Shown here piece by piece: positions 8,564-16,264 of a stretch of 36,684 nt of DNA. The first letter of the stretch is position 1. Each line of letters starts with the position of its first letter. The position numbers were made by a program, and so were the translations under genes. This stretch comes from a virus (lineage: Duplodnaviria > Caudoviricetes). The notes under the pieces are model-generated. The model did no database searches. It was given only the letters and a program-made list of their open reading frames with translations, and had not been told where the DNA came from. The stretch lies in IMG/VR virus record IMGVR_UViG_3300037424_000400, positions 1 through 36,684 of that record; one strand, written 5' to 3'.

Positions 8564-8775
8564 GCCGCCCCCGTCCGATTCGCCCGCACCTTGATGTATT
8601 CGTACCCGTCGCGTTCCTCGATGGCGAAGCGGATCGCCGGCCTGGGCTTCGCCGCCGGCCGGATCGGCACCACGTTGCCGCGGTCCACCTGCAGCGCCGC
8701 CGGCGTGCGCCTGGCGGCCGTGTTGCGGCGCAGGCCGAACGCGAAAAACATCCGCTGTCTAAACGTCTGCATCAT
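8560..8775 (-). CDS. Hypothetical protein
   Basis: GGAGG RBS upstream; coupled to the next gene. Confidence 0.55.
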   Translation of the reverse strand: MMQTFRQRMFFAFGLRRNTAARRTPAALQVDRGNVVPIRPAAKPRPAIRFAIEERDGYEYIKVRANRTGAA

Positions 8776-8792
8776 TGCCTCCCGTCGGTGAA

Positions 8793-8950
8793 GATCGAAT
8801 GGTTGAATGGATGAAGGACTAAATGGCTACTCTGCGGACGGCGCGCGCGCGGAGCTGGTCGTCGATGGTGTGGTCGTCCTGGCCGCCGTAGCCGAAGTGC
8901 TGGTACCAGGCATAGTCCGGATCGGCTGCGTGCTGCTCGCCGGACCAGTA
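8793..8950 (-). repeat. DGR variable repeat VR3 plus 3' flank
   Basis: Gap-free alignment to VR2 and VR1. Confidence 0.85.
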
Positions 8951-9175
8951 CGCAGCCCGCTTGAACTGCTCGGGCGCGTTTGCGAAGAGCAGCGCCTGCT
9001 CGCGCCGCGTGGGCAGCTCGCCACCCTGCGCGATCGCCCAGGCCGTGGCCGCGTGCCAGTCGGCGGCGTCGCATTCGCCGGGCAGCAGAATCACGTGGTG
9101 CGTGGCTTTGCCGTCGGCGACGATGACGCCGGCCCAGCGTTCGCCTTCGTTGAGTGCGGGGATGGTGAGTTGCAT
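8819..9175 (-). CDS. DUF1566/Lcl-C (CLec-fold) protein, remote DGR target 3
   Basis: Start MQLTIPALNEGERWAG after AGGAGG RBS; GGELPTRREQALL, YWSGEQ, AWYQHF, RARAVRR. Confidence 0.9.
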   Translation of the reverse strand: MQLTIPALNEGERWAGVIVADGKATHHVILLPGECDAADWHAATAWAIAQGGELPTRREQALLFANAPEQFKRAAYWSGEQHAADPDYAWYQHFGYGGQDDHTIDDQLRARAVRRVAI

Positions 9176-9177
9176 GC

Positions 9178-9417
9178 TTAGCCTCCTTTGGGGGAAAACT
9201 GGTTGATGAGGTAATCGCAATCGCCGACCAGCGCGCCGTCGCTCCAATAGACGGTGATCACGGTGTATTGCCCGGTCGCGTCCGGCGCGCGGCAGCGAAA
9301 GTCGCTGATCTTGGCGTCCGCGGCCGCGCGGCGCGCGGCGTCCTTCGTGCCCAGATCGTAGATCGACAGGAGCATGAGCCCGAACACCACGGCGACGACG
9401 AAGAAAACGAAGCGCAT
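9178..9417 (-). CDS. Small membrane-anchored protein
   Basis: N-terminal hydrophobic helix. Confidence 0.65.
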   Translation of the reverse strand: MRFVFFVVAVVFGLMLLSIYDLGTKDAARRAAADAKISDFRCRAPDATGQYTVITVYWSDGALVGDCDYLINQFSPKGG

Positions 9418-9426
9418 GACGGCGGC

Positions 9427-9625
9427 CTAGAGCGTCCAGCCGAGGAGGCGCTTCGCCTCGACCGAGCACGCCGGCTCGCGCTTGGGCGCGACATCGCCGG
9501 CGAACGAAACGATGCGCGCCTCGGAGTCGTAGGTGGTGGCGATGTAGCGCACGCACTCGGCGAGCACTTCGCGCAGCTGCGCGATCTCGAGCTGGGTTTT
9601 GTAGTGCTGCAGCAGGGGGGGTCAA
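9427..9625 (-). pseudogene. Small ORF (LLQHYKTQLEIAQLREV...) out of frame with its TTG start at a C7 tract
   Basis: Strong GC3 coding frame fills the gap between neighbours; TTG-A-C7-TG needs C6 or C9 to be in frame. Confidence 0.45.
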
Positions 9626-9876
9626 AATACGCCCCCGGCGTATACGGGCGCGAGCAACGCATAAACGGCGTAGCCAACGACAAGCGCGCCGGCCGCGGTC
9701 AGGCACCCCGTGACGATGCGCATGCCGGTGATTTTGGCGGGCGGATTCGACGGCGCGATGTCCTCCGCGGCCGCGAGGGACATCGCGGTGAAAAACCCGA
9801 GCCAGCCGCCGCAGGCGAAGGCGGCGAGGACGATGTACAGCGGGTGCTGCTGGAGCAGGCTGACGATGGCTTGCAT
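9622..9876 (-). CDS. Two-TM membrane protein, first gene of the leftward early operon
   Basis: GGAGG RBS; two hydrophobic segments. Confidence 0.65.
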   Translation of the reverse strand: MQAIVSLLQQHPLYIVLAAFACGGWLGFFTAMSLAAAEDIAPSNPPAKITGMRIVTGCLTAAGALVVGYAVYALLAPVYAGGVF

Positions 9877-9902
9877 GGGGCCTCCGTTTTGGGTACGGAG
9901 GC

Positions 9903-9942
9903 AGAATAGCAAGAAAAACTTGCCGACGCAAGTAAAACTTGC
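9903..9942 (-). promoter_or_regulatory. PL-like promoter with two repressor operators
   Basis: Minus strand TTGCGT-17 nt-TATTCT; palindromes GCAAGAAAAACTTGC (9909-9923) and GCAAGTAAAACTTGC (9928-9942). Confidence 0.8.
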
Positions 9943-9998
9943 GCGCGAGTTAAATCAGGGCGTTTTGTTCAATGGCGCCCGTCTAAACTTAGCCTTGC

Positions 9999-10475
9999 TC
10001 AAAGTGCATGCACGGCATATTTCATGTCATTCAACTGCGTCAAACAATGGCGATTCCAAACTGCGGCTTTTTGTGAGGCGGTGCCCTTAGCTACGACGAC
10101 GATCTCTTTGTTCATTCCTCCGAAGCCGTTCTGGGCGCGATAGCCAAGACAAATCACGGAGGCATCGTCGTTCGCGAGAACGGTGTCCCATTTGACAGAT
10201 TCTGGATTCCTGGCGGCGTCGATAACAATTTGCATCGCGGCGACAACGCGCTGGAATGCCGCCTCTTTCTTTGCTTCCGCGGCCACCTGCTCCGGGCTCT
10301 TGGCGACTTGAACAGAAGTCGGGCTGTTGCACTGGTACACCGCGAGACCAAGGACGCCTGCGAATACGATTCCTAAAACACCGACTTTCTTTGGCCGTTT
10401 GAAACCACAGTGCGGACAGGCTGCGACGCTGTCGCTGTGCTCTTTTCCGCATTCGCCGCATTTTAAAAGCGCCAC
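9999..10475 (-). CDS. Zinc-ribbon, single-TM protein downstream of the repressor (lysogeny-expressed accessory gene)
   Basis: CGECG...CPHCG, then a hydrophobic helix and an extracytoplasmic domain; occupies the lambda rex position. Confidence 0.8.
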   Translation of the reverse strand: MALLKCGECGKEHSDSVAACPHCGFKRPKKVGVLGIVFAGVLGLAVYQCNSPTSVQVAKSPEQVAAEAKKEAAFQRVVAAMQIVIDAARNPESVKWDTVLANDDASVICLGYRAQNGFGGMNKEIVVVAKGTASQKAAVWNRHCLTQLNDMKYAVHAL

Positions 10476-10498
10476 TGAACAATCCTCGGTTAAATCGA

Positions 10499-11050
10499 CT
10501 AGTCGTCCAAATAATCGCCCATTGCCGAGCCTAGATCACGCTCGCCGTTGTGTTTCTTTTTCGGATGCTTATTGCCCGGCGGCGCTGGCGTCACACCGAA
10601 TGCAGCCTCGATCTGTGCGTTGCTCACGCCGCGAAGCGGTTGCTGTCCAAGCTCCTTGCGAGTGATTTCATTGGCGCGATATAGCGCGTGCATCTCGTCG
10701 ATCAGTTCTCGCCGCTGCAGCTTGAACAGGCCAGCGAAGAGGTGCAGCAAAATCTCTTCCTGCGCCGTCGGCACCGTTGGCGTTTTTAATTGATAGCTGG
10801 CTGTCGATTGGTGCAGGGTGGACATCTTGCCGCCATATTCGATGTATGACTCGTCAATGTTAAACACGACGGCCAGGGCCTTTCGAACTGGCTTGCCTGG
10901 CAAGTTGGCGTCGGTCTCATATAGGCGAACGGCTTCGCCAGAGTAGGGCTTAGCGCGACCGGCCGCGGCGGCAAGGCGCCTGCCGAGCTCCGGGCGGCTC
11001 CAGCCCTTGATCTTGCGCAGGTTTGCGATTCGCTTTCCGGGTGTCGTCAT
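10499..11050 (-). CDS. CI-like XRE-family HTH repressor
   Basis: GKRIANLRKIKGWSRPELGRR...VRLYE...ALAVVFNIDESYIEYG; divergent from cro; likely leaderless ATG at 11050. Confidence 0.85.
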   Translation of the reverse strand: MTTPGKRIANLRKIKGWSRPELGRRLAAAAGRAKPYSGEAVRLYETDANLPGKPVRKALAVVFNIDESYIEYGGKMSTLHQSTASYQLKTPTVPTAQEEILLHLFAGLFKLQRRELIDEMHALYRANEITRKELGQQPLRGVSNAQIEAAFGVTPAPPGNKHPKKKHNGERDLGSAMGDYLDD

Positions 11051-11057
11051 AGAGGAA

Positions 11058-11131
11058 AGGCTACAAGTTTTGCTTGCACGGTGCACGTTTTCCAAGTATT
11101 GCTTGCGAGCGCAAGAAATACTTGCTATATT
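11058..11131. promoter_or_regulatory. OR region: three operators with PR and PRM
   Basis: ACAAGTTTTGCTTGC (11063-77), CCAAGTATTGCTTGC (11092-106), GCAAGAAATACTTGC (11111-25); PR TTGCGA-17-TATATT; PRM -10 TAGCCT on the minus strand. Confidence 0.8.
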
Positions 11132-11138
11132 GGCCGTC

Positions 11139-11378
11139 ATGGACTCCACCGAAAACCCAATCGCGCTCCGGCTCGTCGCTCATTTCGGCGGACGCGCGGG
11201 CGCGGCGAAGCGGCTCGGTCGCTCGGCCGAGACCATTCGGCTTTGGTTGGAGAATGGCGTCCCGCTAAGCCAGTCAATCGACGTGGAGCACAAGAGCGGC
11301 GGCGTCGTGACTGCTGAGGAAATCCTGCAGGACGCGAAGCGTGCAAAAGCTGGCGAGGTACCAAAAATCGCGGCATGA
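11139..11378 (+). CDS. Cro-like (YdaS-type) regulator
   Basis: LVAHFGGRAGAAKRLGRSAETIRLW...GVP...IDVEHKSGGVVTAEEI. Confidence 0.85.
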   Translation: MDSTENPIALRLVAHFGGRAGAAKRLGRSAETIRLWLENGVPLSQSIDVEHKSGGVVTAEEILQDAKRAKAGEVPKIAA

Positions 11379-11441
11379 CACAGCCTAACCACTTTTTTTG
11401 TGGTGGCAGTGTCAAGTAGTCGCAAACAGGCTAGGGGGTAG

Positions 11442-11840
11442 TTGACGGTGGTCCAATTTCCATTAGATTTTCAGCCCGGCCTGACGGCACGGTTTCCACG
11501 TTGGGAAGACACTTTCGTCGGAGCCGTTTATTCCTGCCGCAAAGGGCTGAACGGCGTCGCCGGCGATTTGGATATGAGCCCTTCGGAGTTGTCCAAGCGG
11601 CTCAGCCATCATAGCGACGCTAACGAGCCAAGGCCGCTCAGATCGCAGGACATCGTCGGCATCATCAAATCCACCGGCGACATGACGCCGATCTACTGGC
11701 TGGTCGAGCACTTTCTCGAAGATCCCGCGGTTAAGCGTGAGCAGGCCATCAGCCAGCTGGCGGCGCTGGCCCCGATATTTCAGGCGCTCGCAGAGCAGGC
11801 GGGCATCCAGGCGACACCAAAACGTAAATCAGCTACCTGA
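11442..11840 (+). CDS. CII-like phage regulatory protein
   Basis: VAGDLDMSPSELSKRL HTH and TGDMTPIYWL; position after cro. Confidence 0.7.
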   Translation: MTVVQFPLDFQPGLTARFPRWEDTFVGAVYSCRKGLNGVAGDLDMSPSELSKRLSHHSDANEPRPLRSQDIVGIIKSTGDMTPIYWLVEHFLEDPAVKREQAISQLAALAPIFQALAEQAGIQATPKRKSAT

Positions 11841-12155
11841 TCAAGTCGGCAACGACATGACACCCGTCGAGTTTAACCTCAAGGCGCTGCGCCACGCGTG
11901 CGGCCCCCAATCCGTCCGCTCAAAATCGAGCCCAAACGCCCCCAATTATTTTCAGTCTCGTCTGTTCGCTTTCGCACGTCTGTGCGGCGTCGCACAGATT
12001 GGGAGTAGGGGCATGAATACATCGAGGGAAGGGCGCTGCGTTTTGAAGGCGGCAGCCACGCAGACAGACAGGGACCACCTGGAAGCCCGACCCGCCTCAC
12101 TTCCCCGCGGCACTGGGGGAGACGGCACCGCGGCGAAGCCGAAAACCGCGCCCGC

Positions 12156-12440
12156 ATGAACGCCACCCAGTTTATTCTCAAAACCCTGCGCCAGGCGCAC
12201 GGCGCTATGCGCACGGCCGCGCACCCGCCGGCGCAGATCGCCATCCTGCGCGCGATGCCAGACGGCGAGTTCGTCACCTACAGGGAAATCGTCGACAAGG
12301 TCGCAATCGATCGTCACCAGGTTGCCGCCATGGTCCACTACATGCACAAGCGCCGCCTGATCGAGCGCCAGGGCGCGCCGGGCGGCTACAGCTACCGGAT
12401 CAACGCGCGCGGCCGGGCGATGGCGAAGGGGCGGGTGTGA
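12156..12440 (+). CDS. Small winged-helix protein
   Basis: QIAILRAM...TYREIVDKV...MHKRRLIERQG...YSYRINARG. Confidence 0.65.
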   Translation: MNATQFILKTLRQAHGAMRTAAHPPAQIAILRAMPDGEFVTYREIVDKVAIDRHQVAAMVHYMHKRRLIERQGAPGGYSYRINARGRAMAKGRV

Positions 12441-12631
12441 TCCGACGCGGGCTGGCCTTCGTCGCGCGGCTCGCGAGCGCCGCCGCGGGTATCGTCGCGG
12501 CGATGCTGTATTCCATTGTGGTGCTCATGTTCGTCACACTAATCATCGCCAGCGTCATCGTGCGCGTCGCATTCAACGCGCCGCTGATTGCCTGGCGCGC
12601 AGCCAGCAACAAGGCACCACCACCACAATGA
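12437..12631 (+). CDS. Small membrane protein
   Basis: Long hydrophobic stretch; GTGA coupling. Confidence 0.5.
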   Translation: MIRRGLAFVARLASAAAGIVAAMLYSIVVLMFVTLIIASVIVRVAFNAPLIAWRAASNKAPPPQ

Positions 12632-12729
12632 GAACCCCGCACCCCAAAGGGATCAAAGCAGCGCGCGCCTTCGCCGCCCTGTCAACATCGCAACCCATTC
12701 ACATCTGCACCCGACCTCAACCAGATCGC

Positions 12730-12790
12730 GGGTCCTCCCTGCACCGTCTGCATAGCGGATACGAAGCGGCGCGGTTCAGCGCTAGGATTT
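12730..12790 (+). other. Putative lambda-like cos site (cosQ + cosN)
   Basis: GGGTCCT (identical to lambda cosQ), then 21 nt ending TAGCG, 12 nt GATACGAAGCGG, then CGCGG; compare lambda TTACG-N12-CGCGG. Confidence 0.65.
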
Positions 12791-12821
12791 GGGGCGCCCA
12801 CATAGGCAACCCGGGCTGACC

Positions 12822-13457
12822 ATGCTGGCGATCAAAGTCGATATCCGCGGCATGGACGCGGTGCAAAAGAATCTGGCGCGGATCTCGGACGAGCTGAAAC
12901 GCGGGAAGGCGATCGGCGCGGCGCTCAACAAGACGGGGCAAAAGGCGAAGGCCGAAGTTAATCGGGCGATCGTCCAGCGCTACGCGATTAAAGCCGGCGA
13001 GGTGCGCAATTCGGTGTATCTGCGCAGCGCCCGGGCGAAGGCGAACGACTTGCAGGCCGTGATCGAAATTTTCGGCAGTCCGTCCAAGCGCGGGCGGTCG
13101 ATGAACCTGGTGCGGTTCCTCGCTGCGGTGCAGGCGGCCGGCCGGGCGCACAAAACGCGCGGCGCGCGGGGGAACAGAAAAGCGCTGGCGGCGCTCGGTG
13201 CGCAGCTCGGGTTCCAGATCACGCGCTCTGGCGGGCTCAAGCAGATCGAAGGCGCGTTTCTGGGCAACAAGGGGCGCACTGTGTTTCAGCGCACCGGGCC
13301 CGGGCGGCTGCCGATCGCGCCGGTCCAGGTGATCGGGGTATCGCAGATGTTCAGCTCGCGTGCGATCCGCACGCGCGTGATGGCGAAAATAAACGCGGAC
13401 CTGCCGGTCGAAGTGCGCCGCGCGGTGGAGATGATCCTGGCGAGGTCGGCACGATGA
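12822..13457 (+). CDS. Minor tail protein Z (GpZ)-like basic protein
   Basis: AALNKTGQKAKAEVNRAI...Y.IK, GAFLGNKGRTVFQRTG..RLPI....VSQMF. Confidence 0.75.
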   Translation: MLAIKVDIRGMDAVQKNLARISDELKRGKAIGAALNKTGQKAKAEVNRAIVQRYAIKAGEVRNSVYLRSARAKANDLQAVIEIFGSPSKRGRSMNLVRFLAAVQAAGRAHKTRGARGNRKALAALGAQLGFQITRSGGLKQIEGAFLGNKGRTVFQRTGPGRLPIAPVQVIGVSQMFSSRAIRTRVMAKINADLPVEVRRAVEMILARSAR

Positions 13458-13536
13458 ACCTCACCATTTCGGTGCGATATTCCTGTCGCGCCTGCGATCT
13501 TGAAGACATGATGGGGATGATCCTGGCGGGTCCGGC

Positions 13537-16257
13537 ATGAGCGCCAATTACGAGGACGTGCGGGCGCAGCTCGCGGCGGCGGGGCTCCTGGTGGACCGGG
13601 AGCTGGCGCTCGATGCGCGGATCCAGCGCTGGAAGACCGAGGACGGCGGGCACGAGCGGCGCGGCTGGTCGCGGCTGCGCGAGGTGACGTTCGACGACGG
13701 CAACCATTACATCATCGGGGCGTTCGGCGTCTGGCACGGCAACGACGACGGGCGCATCAAGGTCGCGGTGCGGCCGGCCGACCCGGCGAAAAAGCTCTCG
13801 ACCGCGCAGATCGCCGCGATCCGTGCGGCGCAGAAGGAAACCGCGCGCAAGCTCGACGAGGAGCGCAAGCTCGAGGCGAAGACCGCGGCGCGCTGGGCGG
13901 CTGCGGTGTGGGATCGCGCCGCGCCGGCGAGCGAGCACGAGTACACGACGCGCAAGCGCATCCAGGCGCACGGCCTGCGCGTGCTTACCGCCGAGAGCCT
14001 GCAGCACGAGGCCGCGGCCGGCGGCGGGGCAGGGCGCGCCGGCACAGAACAGAACGCAGCAGGGCAGGCGAACTCCCTGTCGAGCGCAAGTACCCCCACT
14101 ACCGCGGCCGAGCGTGCGCGCCTTAGTCATGACGATGCGGCCGATCCGCTAGTCGGCGCGGGCGACCCGGCCGGGCCGGGAACTGGCGACGCGATCGACA
14201 AAGCAACGCCGCGCCCTGCTGCCCCACAAACCGGGGCCGGCGCCGCCGCCCTGCTGCTCCCGGGCATCGACGAGTCGAACTGGTACCGGCTGACCAAGGC
14301 GGTCGGGGCCCTGGTGGTGCCGATGCACGACGCGAATGCGAACGTCTGCGGCGTGCAGTTCATCTACCCGAAGGGGCACGAGCGCGCGAAAAAGATCGGC
14401 CGCGACAAGGAATTCTGGCCCGCGGGCATGGCCATGGCCGGCACCTTCGGGCTGATCGGGCACATCAACCGCTCTGGCCTGGTGCTGATCGCCGAGGGCT
14501 ACGCCACCGCCGCGAGCTTGCACGAAGCCACCGGCCAGACCGTGGCCTATGCGTTCAGCGCGAACAATGTGGCCAAGGCGGCGAAGCTGCTGCGCCAGGT
14601 GTACAAGCGCCTGCGGCTGCTCTTCTGTGCCGACGACGATTACCTGACCGAGGGCAACCCGGGCGTCGCCGCCGCGGTCGCGGCCTGCGCCGCGTTCGAG
14701 CATGCGGCCTGGATCAAGCCGGACTTCACCGACGCGGACGGCAACGATCAACGCAACGGCAAAAAGCTCACCGACTTCAACGATCTTGCCGTGCTGACCG
14801 GGCTGCCCCTCACGCTGGCCAACCAGGTGAACGCCAAGCTCGATGCGTTGAAGTGGCGCGATCCGCAACACGCGCGCGGCGAGGCCGTATCCGGGGAGCG
14901 GGGTGGCGATGCGTCTGACAATAACGGCCGGCGCGCGGCGCAGGCGATCATGGGCGTCGGTGAAGTGGTCGCGCGCTTCGTGCCGCTCGATGACGGCACC
15001 GGCAAGTACGTGTTCGACACCTGGACCAACAAGGTGGCGCACCGCGACCAGATGATTGCGCTTTTGCCCGCCGGCGTGCGCGGCGACGACGTGAAGCGGC
15101 ACCCGGTGTGGATCGAGCGCGGCGCGTGCTATCTCGACGAAGTGGGGTTCGACCCGACGCTGGCCGACGCCGGCGTCAAGCTCAACACCTGGCGCGGCTG
15201 GCCGCGCAAGCCCAAGGCGGGCAAGTGCGAGCTGCTGCTCGACCTGCTGCGCTACCTGTGCTCGGAGGAACCGAACGTCGACGAGGTCTACCGCTGGATT
15301 TTGTGCTGGATGGCCTGGCCGCTGCAGCACCCGGGCGCGAAGATGTTTTCCGCGATCATCATGCACGGCCCGCAGGGCACCGGCAAGAGCACGGTGTTCG
15401 AGACGCTCGCGGAAATCTACGGCGACTATTCCACCGTGTTGAATCAACGCGGGCTGGAGGACAAGTTCAATGCCGACTGGTCGGATTCCAAGCTCTTCAT
15501 CCTGGCCGAGGAAGTGGTGACGCGGCAGGAAATGTGGCACATCAAGAACGAGCTGAAACAGCTTGTCACCGGCAAGTGGATCCGCGTCAACCCGAAGAAC
15601 ATCGCGGCGTACCGACAGCGCAATCAGGTCAACATCTGCTATCTGTCGAACGAAAACCAGCCGCTGCCGATCGAGAACGACGACCGGCGCCACCTGGTGG
15701 TGTACACGCCGCCGGCGCTGCCCGAGGCGTACTTCGACGAGCTCTACGCCGAGATCGAAAACGGCGGCATCGACGCGCTCTACCAGTACCTGCTCGATTA
15801 CGACACCGCGGGCTTTCATCCGAAAAAAAAACCGCCGATGACCGAGGCCAAACAGGCGCTGATGGCGCTCGCGAGCCCCTCCGAGCTGCGCTTCATCAAC
15901 GATTGGGTCGGCGGCGAGCTCGGGCTGCCGGTGTGCCCGGCGCGCTCGATGGACGTATACGCCGCGTACAAGCGCTGGTGCCAGGCCAACGGCGAAGTGC
16001 GGCCGCGGCCGAGCAACCAGTTTTTGGGCACCGTCGGGCGCATGGCGGGCTGGGAGCGCGTACATGCGCGCATCCACACCAACACCAATTACACCGGCGC
16101 GACCGTGTTCAAGCGCCTGCTGGTGCCGCCGGTCAATGTGCTGCAGGCGGCCGGGCGTGAGATGAAGCCGGACGAACAGATCGCCCGCTTTTATACCGAC
16201 GGCGCGGTCGATTTCGCCGGCGCGCTGCACCAGGACGCCGACAGGGGGTACGGATGA
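13537..16257 (+). CDS. Primase-helicase (Toprim + DUF5906/SF3-type NTPase)
   Basis: LIAEGYATAASL and FCADDD Toprim motifs, TDFNDL, Walker A GPQGTGKS, DDRRHLVV. Confidence 0.92.
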   Translation: MSANYEDVRAQLAAAGLLVDRELALDARIQRWKTEDGGHERRGWSRLREVTFDDGNHYIIGAFGVWHGNDDGRIKVAVRPADPAKKLSTAQIAAIRAAQKETARKLDEERKLEAKTAARWAAAVWDRAAPASEHEYTTRKRIQAHGLRVLTAESLQHEAAAGGGAGRAGTEQNAAGQANSLSSASTPTTAAERARLSHDDAADPLVGAGDPAGPGTGDAIDKATPRPAAPQTGAGAAALLLPGIDESNWYRLTKAVGALVVPMHDANANVCGVQFIYPKGHERAKKIGRDKEFWPAGMAMAGTFGLIGHINRSGLVLIAEGYATAASLHEATGQTVAYAFSANNVAKAAKLLRQVYKRLRLLFCADDDYLTEGNPGVAAAVAACAAFEHAAWIKPDFTDADGNDQRNGKKLTDFNDLAVLTGLPLTLANQVNAKLDALKWRDPQHARGEAVSGERGGDASDNNGRRAAQAIMGVGEVVARFVPLDDGTGKYVFDTWTNKVAHRDQMIALLPAGVRGDDVKRHPVWIERGACYLDEVGFDPTLADAGVKLNTWRGWPRKPKAGKCELLLDLLRYLCSEEPNVDEVYRWILCWMAWPLQHPGAKMFSAIIMHGPQGTGKSTVFETLAEIYGDYSTVLNQRGLEDKFNADWSDSKLFILAEEVVTRQEMWHIKNELKQLVTGKWIRVNPKNIAAYRQRNQVNICYLSNENQPLPIENDDRRHLVVYTPPALPEAYFDELYAEIENGGIDALYQYLLDYDTAGFHPKKKPPMTEAKQALMALASPSELRFINDWVGGELGLPVCPARSMDVYAAYKRWCQANGEVRPRPSNQFLGTVGRMAGWERVHARIHTNTNYTGATVFKRLLVPPVNVLQAAGREMKPDEQIARFYTDGAVDFAGALHQDADRGYG

Positions 16258-16264
16258 CGGCGGT

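Noticed and set aside
2486-8950. The three repeats as a CRISPR array or simple duplication
   Set aside because: They are coding 3' ends without repeat-spacer periodicity, and the codon-position bias fits a DGR
9880-9902. GCCTCCGT/ACGGAGGC hairpin covering the first PL gene RBS
   Set aside because: The predicted TSS falls within the 5' arm, so the full stem is probably not transcribed; no U-tract for a terminator
9176-9931. 370-aa ORF 8819-9931 as one long DUF1566 protein
   Set aside because: The upstream part is an off-frame read-through of other small genes; the RBS supports a start at 9175
11858-12159. Possible ~100-aa ORF between the CII-like and wHTH genes
   Set aside because: Poor codon bias and no recognisable motif; cannot support it
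12628-12819. 63-aa ORF
   Set aside because: Atypical codon usage and overlaps the putative cos site; probably non-coding
15823-15831. A9 run in the primase and C8 run at 21803-21810 as phase-variation tracts
   Set aside because: A9 encodes in-frame Lys codons in an essential gene; C8 is in an untranslated leader with no clear effect
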